This document shows, in pieces, positions 42,001-55,821 of a DNA stretch of 64,000 bases. The notes beneath the pieces were generated by a model. The model made no database searches, had not been told where the DNA came from, and saw nothing but the letters and a program-made list of their open reading frames with translations. The DNA is taken from contig OX597828.1 of the NCBI GenBank assembly GCA_951406725.2, positions 3,844,001-3,908,000 on the forward strand. Reading direction: 5' to 3'. The position numbers and the translations under genes were made by a program. Position 1 is the stretch's first letter. Each line of letters starts with the position of its first letter. Source of the DNA: Octopus vulgaris. Its lineage: Eukaryota.

Positions 42001-42257
42001 CAGAGTGATTCTCTACCAGGATCCATATTGGCTCCTGGGGGTCCATATTAATTTTTTGAGTGTTCACACAACAAAACAGTAAATTTGGATCCACGAGAGA
42101 ATTTTAAGGATCCCTGAAAGAAATTTTGTTTTAGACGCATGTGTTTGTGTGTTTTACAAGAAGCAGCTAGATTCTTTTTATATGGCTATGGGAGGTCTAT
42201 CAAAGTAAAATAGTCTTCAAGAGGGGGCCATATGTAATAAATGGTTGAGAACACCTG
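42001..42257. mobile_element. Non-autonomous hAT-type MITE
   Basis: Imperfect TIRs cagagtgattctctacc and ggttgagaacacctg, followed by tcttagag (8 bp with central TA). Confidence 0.5.
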
Positions 42258-42734
42258 TCTTAGAGGATATCTTTTGTCAGAACACTTACGTGAAGAATCT
42301 CACAAATTAAAACAATAATAGAATTTATGTCTAACTCTTGAAGATACTCATTCACCTGAAGCGAACGTGTTTCCTCTCCTCATATGCTTTGATTCATTTC
42401 TTTCACACTTTAGTCTTTCATTACGAGTTACCCTAGGAAAGTAATAAAATAATACTTGTGTTTGTATCATTTCGTGAGTGCCTCATTTTTATACTTAATG
42501 GAACTAGTTAACAGGTAACTCGCCCAGCCATCAATGGCAACGCAAAATCAGTTATGCATATCTGTGTAATAATTTCTATTTGTGCTCTGTAAATACACGC
42601 AAAGCTATGAGGTCCAAAGGTAGCTGGAGAATATATTGTGGTTCTTTTCCTAATAACATGCTATAACAAAAGTCTAATGACTGAAAGGATAAATGATAAT
42701 ATACGTATATACATACATACATACATACATGTAT

Positions 42735-42788
<54 letters not shown>

Positions 42789-42844
42789 CATATATATATT
42801 TATGTATGTCTATTTATATATATTTATGTATATTTATATATGTA

Positions 42845-42899
<55 letters not shown>

Positions 42900-42932
42900 A
42901 TACATTTTAATAATTATATACATATTCATAAC

Positions 42933-43018
42933 AAGGGATCGGCTATAAGTTTTTCAACGCGCTAGAAAAATAGACGCCAAAAGACGCTTAGCGTGGAGAG
43001 GCTTATAGCCAATTCCTT
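42933..43018. repeat. Short hairpin with 28-bp imperfect arms
   Basis: aagggatcggctataagtttttcaacgc pairs with gcgtggagaggcttatagccaattcctt. Confidence 0.75.
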
Positions 43019-43125
43019 CTTATGATTATGTATATAATTATTATAATAGTTGTAAAATTTACCTACAAGTTTTTATTTATTTCTGCTCTGACCCCTGGTA
43101 AAATCATTAATGATTTTTACTCTTT

Positions 43126-43233
<108 letters not shown>

Positions 43234-43332
43234 TTATCTATCTATCTATATATATATATATATTGGTAAAAACGGTAAGATAACAAAAGAAAAAAAGAGA
43301 CCTCAATATTATGTAAATAGAGGAAATTTATC

Positions 43333-43972
43333 TATAAAATAATATGTTACATTACTCAATAGTCAAGATAAAACTCTGAGTTTCAGATGCCGAAGTAGAA
43401 ATCCACAACACCATCTCTTCGGTTATCTGGCCATCTGAAAAATGCTATGAAAAAATACCGTTATATAAAGGGAAATTACTGTATTATAATTCTGCTCGCG
43501 AACCCACGTGCGTACTTATACGTCACTATGAAGACGTACAGATCTTCACTCGCATTTTCGCCAAATATATACGCATATATATACAACCTCATACACACAC
43601 ACATGCGTAAGTTCATACATACGTCTATATACGCACAAACACAAGAAAAACCATGGTTAAAGATAACAGAAAAAAAACATAAGGAAGTATACAAAGCATA
43701 AAAACCACGTTCATATACGGATAAGCCCCTATGCACTCATACACACACACGCCAATATATGTACATACCCGCACATATTTATATACGCATACATACACAC
43801 GCATATACAAAAATTGGATATATACATATGTCCCCCTCCTCCTTCTGTACTTTTCTATCCTGCATTTTTTCCTGTGCCTATATAGACATGTATATAGATT
43901 CATTTGTACACGTGTGAATATGTATGAGTGGGCAGTTTTTTAGATGTGTGCGTGTGTGCGGACATAAGAATG

Positions 43973-44009
<37 letters not shown>

Positions 44010-44546
44010 GTTTTTACTTAGTATTTAAAAAAAAATAGGGGGGAGGGGGACATATGTATATTCAATTTTTGCATATGCGTGTGTATGTATACGTATATAA
44101 ATATGTGCGGGTTGTACATATATGGGCGTGTGTGTGTATGAGTGCATAGGGGCTTATCCGTATATGAACGTGGTTTTTATGCTTTGTATACTTTCTTATG
44201 TTTTTTTTCTGCTATCTTTAACCATGGTTTTTCTTGTGTTTGTGCGTATATAGACGTATGTATGAACTTACGCATGTGTGTGTGTATGAGGTTGTATATA
44301 TATGCGTATATATTTGGCGAAAAATGCGAGTGAAGATCTGTACGTTTTCATAGTGACGTATAAGTACGCACGTGGGTTCGCGAGCAGAATTATAATACAG
44401 TAATTTCCCTTTATATAACGGTATTTTTTCATAACATTTTTCAGATGGCCACATAACCGAAGAGATGATGTTGTGGATTTCCTGTTCGGCATCTGAAACT
44501 CAGAGTTTTATCTTGACTATTGAGTAATGTAACATATTATTTTATA
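43333..44546. repeat. Large inverted repeat (~505-bp arms, 43333-43839 and 44042-44546), Penelope pLTR-like, microsatellite-flanked
   Basis: Mirror-image ORFs in the track (43447+/44268-, 43476-/44142+). Each arm carries a hammerhead-like motif. Confidence 0.95.
44453..44511 (+). ncRNA. Hammerhead-like motif with C at position 4; mirrored copy at ~43368-43426 (-)
   Basis: ataa CCGAAGA gatg...catc t GAAA ctcagag TT ttat. Confidence 0.45.
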
Positions 44547-44749
44547 TATATATATATATATATGTACATATACATATTAGAGGGAAACCACTTTGTGGTA
44601 AGACCATAGCGGATCTATTTCTAGCATAAGAGTGTCCATATAGTGGTGTATATAATACAATCTTACTGAACCTTCAGTCTTTTTATATGCTTGACCACTG
44701 GTGTGAAATCGATGTTAATTAAATTAATATCTAATTTCTCACCCTCATT

Positions 44750-44787
<38 letters not shown>

Positions 44788-46209
44788 TAAGAGCAGTACT
44801 GATAAACAATTATTAGCTTCCCAATTTCCATTTTCTTCTTATACATATACCTATTATTTTAAGGAAATTCATTCCCCCCAAAATACTAGGTATTGAACCA
44901 GTATCTACTTGGATGAAACCATCCCTTCATGAGGTTAATCGAATGTATATATAAATCTAAGGGATACATTTTATTCCAGGTAGCATTTACGCGCTTCCCG
45001 ATAACGATGTAGAATCTCGAAGAATAATCACATTTACCAATCGATTCCATAATGGATCGATTGAATAAAATATAGAACAAATTACTTCATAGATAATAAT
45101 ACTTTTACTCATTTGTACTGGTGAACCAAACTTCGGGTTTACAAATTCGATTCGTGTCGATTTGTTAAGTTACAGATTACTTGGATTTCGACATCTGTCA
45201 CAAGTCTGTTTTGTTAGCCTGGATTATCTTTATTCAGGGAGCTTATCAAGTTTTTCGCCTGGATTCTTCATCCCTTTTCTCATTTAACATATGCATATAT
45301 ATATGTACATACTTACACACATACACCCCCCACACACATACATACAAAGACACACATATATATAGTTATGACTTCTGTGGTGTGTACAAACGAGGAACCT
45401 TCTACGCAATCGATCGATCTGCAAAGAGCGCTCTAAAACATCACTGTATAATATCATGTAAATAAGTTTGATAATGTGATTCTGACTCTACGCATACTGG
45501 TAAGGCAAAATAGTCCTCAACGAACATTTTGATTGTAAGTCTGCTCGACCGGAGACAAATTAAAGTTAAAACGAATTAACTTCAGAGCCGCATAGACGAA
45601 CTTCATTTTTTGTGTAATGGCTACGATATTTCACCGTATCATTTTACTTGAAATATATATTATATAGTCGGCTTATATGATTTTGCAATACTATAAATTA
45701 CTAGAACACGTGACATAACCAACGTCGGTATATAGTAAATTCCAAGATAGCATAAACTAGAAAAGAATTGACATAAGAAATAAGTGGTGTTTTACGTTTC
45801 GTACAGAACTTCACATCGTACTTTCTAAAATTATGTGGACGAATAAGGATGTGAATTATCATAAAATTTAGTCCGTTATATTTGTTTTATTAAGAAGTAA
45901 AAATACTAATATTGCTTTGATGTCAGTTGTAATTTTATCACAAAAATTTTACAGGATCGAAAATGACAATATAAAAATATTACCTCTTTAAAAATCAATT
46001 TTATGGCTATTTAAGATTATATTTAAAACCGTTTTAAAAGATTACTGACACATTGAACTGAATTTAGACATGAAAGCTATATTGCCTAGTTGTAAACATA
46101 ATACGACTCTTGGCGTTCAGTTTTTGAAATGTCTCTGTATAATAGTAATCAGTATACTCGTTGGTCAGGTACTTGGTTAAATAATCCACTCATGTTTTAC
46201 ATTAGAAAC

Positions 46210-46286
<77 letters not shown>

Positions 46287-46627
46287 CAGAGACCAAGAGT
46301 GAAAGAGAGTAGAAGAGATACGTAGATAGTTAACATAAAAAATTTGAAATTGGTGGGTGGCAGATATCATAAATGTAGTCCATAGACACCAAATGTATGA
46401 CACAGTCTTCTTCATTTACGTTCTTACATACATGCAAACTTCTGTCTACCATACACACACACGCGCATACGCACACACACGCATACGCACACATTCATTC
46501 AGGCACACACATATAGACATTACTGTGATGTAGAATGTTGAAGTTGACATGTAGTTCGTATGGATATGTAGTTCGTAGAGAGATGTAGAAAATCAATATA
46601 TAGCAATATATGTGTGTGTGGTTTGTG

Positions 46628-46844
46628 AAGGTGGCGAACAGGCAGAATCGTTAGCACAGCTGGCAGTGTGCTTAGCGGCAGTTCGTCCGTTTATACGCTA
46701 TGTGTTCAAATTCTGCTGAGGTCGACTTCACCTTTCATCCTTTCGAGCTCTATAGAATAAGTACCATTTGTACTAAGATCTATGTAAATGACTTACCACA
46801 CCCCTCTGAAATTGCTAGCATTTATGTCAAAACTTATAATCAAT
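46628..46844 (+). mobile_element. SINE family A, older full-length copy
   Basis: ggtggcgaacaggcagaatcgttagc...gttcaaattc..gaggtcgacttcacctttcatccttt...aaattgctagc tail. Confidence 0.8.
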
Positions 46845-47651
46845 ATATGCGTGTGTGTACGTGTATATGTGCTTATATGTGTTTGCACGGATCTATTTTA
46901 CAATAAGAGAATAAATACATAGCTATATTAATGTCTTTCAGACTCGAGTGAAAATCTTTATAGAGCATTTAGTAATTAGGGAAGGTGAGTGAGTATTGTT
47001 ATACAATATATTTAGTTACTCCTCACTTAAAGCGATACAATGTCAACTTGAACCAAGTACAGAACATCGGATAATTTGATTTTGATTCACAAAGAATCAA
47101 AGGATGAACATATCCTCCAGACAATTACTGTAGTATTCAGCCGCAGTTACGAAACCTTTATGTAAATAACCATTCCTTCATTATGCAAATATTTCTCAGA
47201 CATGGTTACTTTTATGCGAGAGCCAATGACACGTTATAGATTTATTTCTGTTCCATAATTTATATATTATATTGATATTCTGATATTAACAATAATTTAC
47301 AAAGGCGGTTTAAGCTGCGGATTCATGACATATAATGGATATTAATTACATGGTAATTAGAATTCTTTGTTTAGCAGAAAGCAGACTTTAAATGCAAAAG
47401 TCTAAGCACTATATGTCACTGTTTTATTTATCATTATTCTATTTACCATAATTTTATCATTATCGCCTCTTTCCTATCTTTAGAATCTATTGAATCCTTG
47501 CAATATCAGTATGCTGATCAGCTGTGATTGGAATTATGCAGTAATGGATTGCACTTATAAAAAATCGGGTGATGTGAATTTGCTGTTTACATCCTTTTAG
47601 AAATATATTTTCAAAATTCTTATCCAAACACAATCAATAAATCAATCAATG

Positions 47652-47752
<101 letters not shown>

Positions 47753-48276
47753 GTCTGTCTAACTGTCTATCTCATCTCTGCCTTTTTCTATTTCATACAC
47801 GTAGGACTGCAGTGCACCCACAAAAATATACATAAAATTATGTATAAAACCAGTGAAGATTAATGAATTACTCATTATTAGCTCTGGTACGATATTTCGT
47901 AAACACTGTTATCTGGGAAAATCACTCGGTCCTGTCGTTATTCATTTACATGACTCATTGATATATTAAATTGATGTAATCTCTGCGCATAGATAAAATG
48001 CATAACAGTTTCTGCTTGGATTTGTAGTGTTATAAAAATTGGGATTACTTTTGTACCTTCCAATACGATTTGTTAAAAGTTTAGCATATTTTGTGTCAAT
48101 AAATTCTCGGTATGCTTAACGTTTACAGACATTCTAAAATTCGAAAGATTACTCGCAATTGTTTAAATGTTTTCAAACTAATTATGTATATATTAAATGG
48201 TATATACGAGTATATATATGAACATATATACACTCAGAAATATGTATGTTTATAGGCATGTGAGTAATGTATGTAT

Positions 48277-48480
48277 CTTTTATCATTATCCGTAACTTGT
48301 TTCAGTTTTTAGACTGCAGCCCCGCAGCGGTACCGCCCTCGAAATTTTAATGGATAAAGTGGACTCCAGTACATACCTTTAAGTTTGATACATATTCCAT
48401 CGGTCACTTTTGCAAAAGTTACGAGTACGTGAACAAGGCAAAATCCAATGTCAAGCGATGATGGTGGAGAAATACAAAGT
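48277..48480 (-). mobile_element. Decayed SINE of another family; matching 3' end at 11325-11375 (+)
   Basis: Reverse complement ggcggtaccgctgcggggctgcagtc..ctgaaacaagt resembles ggcggtgccccagtatggccac..ctgaaattagataaaa. Confidence 0.45.
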
Positions 48481-48759
48481 TACATGCATACATGTATACA
48501 AGCAATCGCACATACATAGGCAGATAAAGACATAAATGGATAGACAGATAACTAGACTAATAGTTGAATAGATAGATAGACACATACACCCCCCCTCACA
48601 CACACACACAGATATATATGGGAGGTATTGGTATCCAGAAGACGCAAATGGGAGGTAAATCTATGTTAGTGCTATGGAAGGACCGTAGCTAAGCTCTCGG
48701 TTCAATAATAATACGAGTGAGGAATCTAATGCTGCTCTTGTGTGAGCATGTATATGTTA

Positions 48760-49560
48760 AGTGAAATGAGACAAAAAAGCCAAGGTTGTGTGGAATTTTC
48801 AAGTTGTATATAAAGAGAAGTAAGTCTTACAGCTGTTTCGGGGATATTAGGGATATCCCTTCAACAGAGACGATGTGAGATGGTTCAATAAAGGGAAATA
48901 TTAGACTTTAATATACGAAGTTATTTTGGAAAAGGATGGGAATAACAAGTATATAGGGAAATAAGAGAATAAAAGTAAAAATAAAAATAACTGTCGGATG
49001 TTGTAGTTGCAGCTCCATTATACAAAGAAAGTGATGTGTAGGATTGGTAGAAATGATTCTTGTCCATGTTATGTAAATTCCGATAAGAATTCATATTTTG
49101 TCATTACAAATGGAAAGTGTGGAGATGTAGATTCCATGTGCTGTTCATTCAAAGTAGTCTTGTGATGTGAATGAAATTTTGAGAATGTAGTGGTACTATT
49201 AAGTAGATAGAAAGGAGAGAAAAGATGTGCACGTCAAAGTGAATGGTCAAAAGGAATGGTGAGGAAAGAAGGAATGAGGAATGCGGAAGAGAAGATGAAA
49301 AATAAGTGTTAGTTGGTGGTCAAGATATTATAAGGGGGATGGGAGAGTTGTAGAGGAGGGATAGGAAGAGATAAGAACGTAAGAAATGAATATGTGTGAG
49401 GAGTGGGAGGTGGGGTGATATGTTTGAAAGACACCAAGAACATGGTACGGGGGTGGGTTACTAAAGTGAGTAGTGAACCTCAAAAGGGAAGAGAAGAATA
49501 ATCAGATATAATGGTCAAGTTTCTAAAAATAGACGAAGTTTCTAAGAATAGTGGGGGTGG
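48760..49560 (-). mobile_element. Penelope-like pseudo-LTR/3' fragment, same family as 5384-5720
   Basis: Homology to 5395-5720, a hammerhead motif and strong purine/pyrimidine strand bias. Confidence 0.55.
48824..48871 (-). ncRNA. Minimal type-I hammerhead ribozyme with one core mutation
   Basis: Minus strand: gtct CTGtTGA a gggatat-cccta-atatccc c GAAA cagctg TA agac. Stem I gtct/agac, palindromic acagctgt, GUA site. Confidence 0.75.
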
Positions 49561-51419
49561 AGGAATCAGAGAAAGAAAGAAGTGTATACTGATTTACGCA
49601 TGCGCGCACACCCATACATATACGTGTGTATATGTACTATTATTGAGGCCTGCATACTTATGTATTTAAACTTGTGCGCATATATGCATATATATATATA
49701 TATATATGCGCACATACAAACACCCATAGATATATGCATACCCACATAGACACGCGTATATATACACACATGAACATACATACATACATACATACATACA
49801 TAGTATACACACACACACACATATATATCCACTCACATGCACGCATACATGTATACATGTCCATATATGTATTATTAAACAATAAAAAAGTAAGATTGGA
49901 GAGTTAAATTAAAAACGGAGACGATGGAAAGTCAAATAGGTTGCTGGAGATTGCCTAAGGGTGTTCGGGATATGTACTGTGCGGTGATTTAGGTTGCAGA
50001 AAATGTGTCATAATTACCAAAGTATAATTAAGGACAGCGCCATATGAAAATGATGAGATATTCTCAGGAATCCCGAATACTTCAAAGATGATTAGCTATT
50101 AATGAAAAGACCAGGCTTATTGTCTGAAGATGAGAGGACGATATCCATCATGACAATTATCCTAACTTATCTCTATTAGTCAAGGCACTTAGGCATATAC
50201 AAGACGTGTAGAGTACATTTATGCATAATTTAAACGAAAAAAAATTGTTGGTTACTACAGACATGGTAGGACAATTGTCATACTGAAAATAACTTACGAG
50301 GCAGAAGCGTAAATAATTTCGATAAATAAGGAATTAATATTTTACGGTATTTGAAATATCTGCATATGTGTCGATGGTATTTAAAATGTATCCGACATTT
50401 TATCTAGAATTTTGTTTGTATCTGGTACAGAGAGGAAATATTTTTGACTAACATCGTAGCAATTAACTGTGAAATAAGATAGAAATGTTCCTATGCTTGA
50501 AATTACGTTTTAGTATCGAAATGTCGCAAGTTTAACTGGTCATAGTCAAGTGTAAAGTAATTATACAAATAAGAACTTGTACACGTAATTTGACAGATAG
50601 ATATGTAATACATAGTAAAAAAGTATAGAATTCTATAACAATACATCATCATAAAAATTTAGAAATCGTGCATTTAAGTGAAGACAGACGTAATTATGCA
50701 AGATATATAACAGAAAATAATTAAAGGTGTTCGAGATGACATGACTTATAGAACGCTGTTCATGTCATATAATGTCAATGCTTCATAAAGTAGATTCATA
50801 TTATTTGTCACTATACGAAAATGCTTGCATAGTCGACTACCCACTTTCTTTTAAAAATATCTTGCTCTATAACTCTCACTCAATCGATACTTGAAGGAAC
50901 CAGCCCGTTTAATGAATCAAACAATAAATGTATTTTTCCTACATCATCCAGTCAATCATTCACTAAATACGTCAATCTGTAAGACAGTTAATGCATCAAT
51001 CAGTTAATTAGTCAATCAATCAGTCTATATTAATCAAGCAATATTTGAACCGTCAGTGTGTTCAGCAATAAAGGATTCTGTAAGTACATCAACCAATCAT
51101 ACATTTAACGCATTAATCATTGAATCGGTCAGTTGTAAACATTAGTTAGTATGAAATCTTGAAATAATTATTGAACAATAGTGTTTAATATAACAGTACA
51201 TACTCCATCCTCTTTGAAGTGTTTTTACAACTATGTGCTGAAGCAGGTCTTTAAAAGTTTTCTCAGATTCAAGTTTTTTTACTGTATACAAAGTTTACAG
51301 ATAAAAATGCTCGAGAAAACAAAAATATTAAATAAAGGGAAAATGAATGTATTTCTCAGATAAATAGCACTCTTGTCCATCTAAATAACTTGAAGGAACA
51401 GGTTCTTCAATAAACGTAT

Positions 51420-52290
51420 TTTATCTTCATGATGTTTTGATGAGACTACAGGTTCAGGCAGTTTTTGTTCGTGCTATCATAATGTTTGCTATTATGTCCG
51501 TGATGGCAGTCTTCCACGAACAACTGGTACTGTGGTGTTGTCAGCTGGGCTTCCTCACGACCACATTCCCAGACGTAGTATTCCATGAGTTAAAATCAGG
51601 TGCTAAGAGGCTATCTTTTGAATCGTATCGTGGCCTTGATATGCCTTGCGAGTCCTCTTTATTGCGAGGACCATGTAAAGGAAAGAAATAGTGATTCAAC
51701 AACCTATTCAGTACCTTAATACAGGTAGTATTACTGAAACTCAGAACTTGAGGAGAGAGAGAGAGAGAGGGGGGAAGAGTGAGAGACAGAGTGAGAGAGA
51801 GGCATTAAGACATGGCTCTCTTTGACGCTCGTTTGAATCAATAAAAATGGTGAGAACTTCGTGTGAATCACTGTGGGTATCTCTGTGACGTTTGTGCAGA
51901 GCTATCAAGTATTCTTCTTCAAACTACCTAGAGATAATTTTCTAATCGGAGAATGATGTGTGTCTGATAGTACTTGAACTTGATTTTTATGTGCTGCCAT
52001 ATGAAACACTCTTTTCTCCCCACGTAGGAATTCCTTACTTGGAATCGTGCTACACAGTTCTTGACACTATCAAAGTCAGTAGATTTGCAATGTACCCCAT
52101 CGAAATGATAGGATTGTTCTTAAAGGCGCTCTAGATGCAAAAGTACTGCACAAGTACTGCTATTCTAGCGACGTTTGTTCACCGAGAATATTACTTGATA
52201 ATGATCATAGTTGGCAAAATAATCTCAGAGGCCTCTGGAATTTCCCGATCTCCAGCATGAATACCAAGCGAATACACCTGATTAATTGTT
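51420..52290 (-). mobile_element. Degraded Tc1/mariner-superfamily (maT/DD37D-like) transposase remnant, split by (GA)n
   Basis: Minus strand near 51600: P...PDFN..EYYVW (compare SPDLNPLDYYVW), then H.T....TAITDIIANI. An N-terminal-like remnant lies at 51860-52270. Confidence 0.45.
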
Positions 52291-53491
52291 GAATTAATAT
52301 CTTCCGTGTTAATATTCTTCATATGTATAAAAAGATAAAATGGCTAAAATCTGGCGTAAGTTGCGAGCGGCGCATCACAGCTGTGTTCAATCATACCCCG
52401 TGAATCTTGTGTCTCTAGATTCAGGTGAAAGTTTTCCTAAATGTCACGGAGATATATTTAAAATCTTAGAAAAAACTCGAACATATGTCTCAAAATTTAA
52501 TATTTTGTGAGTAAAAATATTTTCAAGTATTATGCACTTAGAATGAATTCATTACTATTCTACTGGTATTTGTATTGATACATATTGATATACTCGCAGC
52601 ATATTTGACTTTGCCTGAATGTTTATTTTAATAATATATGTGAATGCTGTTCTAGTAATTAAGTTCATCAAATTAGTTTCTGTTTTAAGTGAAAATTAGC
52701 GAAAACCTTGTTCTAAAAATAGTATGAATTCAAAGATCTTTGTTCGTTTAGATGCATATTATTAATTTATATATCTAAGGTAGAGCAAATGAACTATTTT
52801 CTATATATTTATATGTGAATAAAAAATTAAAATTACAAATAATTGTTTTAAAACAATCATACTTAAAATAAAGTATGTAAAAGTGTCAGTATAACTGGGG
52901 GTAAGAGATAGATAATGTATGGCGTTACCTATATTATTCGCGGTATCTTCATGCAGAAAATTCGAAAGAATACAGCTCAATTATCGCTTTTTCTTTTGCT
53001 TCGCTCTCTTTTGATGCCGAAGAAACGTTTAACAATATCTACGTATCCAGACACCATGTATTTACTATGTTGTCATTATCAGAGTCAGTTAAATAATGGA
53101 CATTATAAAACATTAAGATTTAGGAGACAATGTCCAGTACGTAATTAATCTTGTTTTAATAAAATTGCGAAATGATTACACTTACATCATTTAAAAATTT
53201 ATATTAGAGACCTCAAACTCGAACGTTCTCATCTCGGCTCCTGAAAATAATTTTGAGATGCAGATTAGTACAACTATACCTGTGGTACTTTGTCTTTCGT
53301 TTATCAGATGTGATAGGATAGAGAATATTATCTTTTTATCCTGTGAGATAAACATAGAAGTGATGGAGTCAAAAGTTTCCACAAACTGTATATTTTAACG
53401 TTCTTTCTTTCTTTCTTTCTACTATATATATACACACACATATATATGTGTGTGTATGCGCGTGTGTAATAATAATAATGTATAAAATAGG

Positions 53492-53635
53492 GGTGAGAAG
53501 CTTGCTTCCCAACCATATGGTTCCAGGTTCATTCCGACCGCATGGAACCTTGGACAAGTGTCTTCTACTATAGCCTGGGACCGGCCAAAGACTTGTGAGT
53601 CTATTTGTTAGACACAGACTGAAAGAAGACCGTCG

Positions 53636-53636
<1 letters not shown>
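53492..53636 (+). mobile_element. tRNA-derived SINE family B
   Basis: agcttgcttcccaaccatatggttccaggttca...agtgtcttctactatagcc...ctgaaagaagaccgtcg followed by (TA)n. Homologous to 11667. Confidence 0.8.
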
Positions 53637-53667
<31 letters not shown>

Positions 53668-53688
53668 CACACACACACACTCACACAT

Positions 53689-53788
<100 letters not shown>

Positions 53789-53792
53789 ACAT

Positions 53793-53851
<59 letters not shown>

Positions 53852-53871
53852 CGGTTCGAAATTTCCCCAAG

Positions 53872-53915
53872 ACACCTGATGAAGGCTGGATGGTATATCA
53901 GCCAAAACGTTGTGT
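53872..53915 (+). ncRNA. Minimal type-I hammerhead ribozyme, G12 mutated to A
   Basis: acac CTGATGA a ggctg-gatggtatat-cagcc aAAA cg TT gtgt. Palindromic aacgtt stem III. ccaaaa is consistent with CpG decay of ccgaaa. Confidence 0.75.
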
Positions 53916-53999
53916 TAACAACAAACAAGGTGAGGATAAATATCCGTCAAGTGTAAATAATGTATATAATGTACATTATTCCTCATTTCTTAAATATAG

Positions 54000-54124
54000 A
54001 AGATGGAAGGAAGTCATAGATAAACAGGGAAAGTATATTGATGAGTAAATTTCAATTAAATATAACATTTGATCACTTGTTTTCGTTATTCAAAATTTGG
54101 ACAGAACTTATGGGATGATCTGAT
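54000..54124 (+). mobile_element. Mariner 3' end fragment
   Basis: [15 protein letters not shown] followed by the TIR-like gaacttatgggatgatctga-ta. Confidence 0.65.
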
Positions 54125-54661
54125 ACAGCGGCACTAAAACTGGATTATTTTATTGTTTAGAGTATCATTGGCTGAGCGCCTTGCTTTCAATTTTAATATC
54201 AAATACTGATAATGTTAATCACCTATCAACCCTCCAAAACCATCCCCCTAAACTCCATTTCCACAGATAAGGAAACCACCTTATTAAAACCACACCTCTA
54301 CCCTACCTCAATGGAGTTAGTTTGTGCAGGAAGAAGGTTGCTTGACCAACTCCAATATTCGCTCACTTTTCGATTGTTCAATGTACGAATTATTCCCGTT
54401 TTCACTTGATAATAAGACGGCTAAACGACAACAGACAAGTAAGTATAAAAAACAAACAAACAAACAAACAAAAAACAGGATTTAGAGTTTGATTTCGACC
54501 CCTGCAACTAACTTCAACTTTCGTAGGCCGCGTACTGAAACCTATATATATATAATTGAGAAAATGTATAGTAAATGCACAAACGAAAAACTATAGACGT
54601 ATGATAATTGCACAGATGAACGGAAAAACGTACAGAAAGAAAGATAGCATGAATAGAATTT

Positions 54662-54748
54662 AAATTTTAAAATCTCTTGTTCATCCATGAGGCATATTTA
54701 ATCACCGAGAATGGAAAATGATTCAACAAGCAATCGTACTATGGCAAT

Positions 54749-54796
<48 letters not shown>

Positions 54797-54829
54797 ATTG
54801 CCATAGTACGATTGCTTGTTGAATCATTT

Positions 54830-54876
<47 letters not shown>

Positions 54877-55013
54877 CAGCGTGGAAGGTGTTTATAAGCC
54901 ATTTAAGAAACACACAAAACCGTTAGATTCACTTCAACATTTAAATTCAATTTGTCAAAATATTTTCGTCGCTTTGAGACCGCGACCTGTTCACTGACAA
55001 AACTTCGTGCTAC

Positions 55014-55071
<58 letters not shown>

Positions 55072-55110
55072 TACATATACATATATATATATATACATAC
55101 ATATATAGAC

Positions 55111-55142
<32 letters not shown>

Positions 55143-55164
55143 ATACATACATACATACATATAC

Positions 55165-55213
<49 letters not shown>

Positions 55214-55411
55214 CGTGTGTGTCTGTTTGTCTGTGTTAGTGAGTGTATACGTGTGTGTTGGGAGGGACTTGTCTCAAGTAAGTATTCAATACGTTCCATT
55301 TTTCGTTGCTGACTATATGTCACGTTGCCATAGTACCGATTACATGTTGATTCATTGTCCACTCTCGGTGATTAAATATGTCTCATGGATGAACAAAAGA
55401 TTTAAAAATTT
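54662..55411. repeat. Nested inverted duplications around (TA)n
   Basis: 54716-54752 and 54793-54829 are perfect 37-bp arms. 54662-54752 and 55320-55411 are diverged ~90-bp arms. Confidence 0.92.
54951..55001 (-). ncRNA. Minimal type-I hammerhead ribozyme with compensatory G3-C8 core
   Basis: Minus strand: tttgtca GTGAACA g gtcgc-ggtctcaaa-gcgac GAAA atat TT tgacaaa. Perfect 7-bp stem I, 5-bp stem II, palindromic aatatt stem III. Confidence 0.72.
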
Positions 55412-55719
55412 TATTCATCCTGCTTTTATGTCTCTCTCTCTCTCTCTTTCTCTATCTCTCTCTAAGTGAGTGTGTGTGTGTGTGTATATGTGTGTATATG
55501 TGTGTGTGTATATACATGTATATGTGTGTATATATATTCATATCAACAGACACGTACTCATGTATCTATATATGTATATTTACGTATACTAATTCATGCA
55601 TACACATATACACATACATGCTTCGTGTGTGTGAATATGTATACATATGCGTGTGGGCATATACATATGTGTGTATATATGAATGTAGGTGTATATATAT
55701 ATGTGTGTGTGTGTGTGTG

Positions 55720-55821
<102 letters not shown>

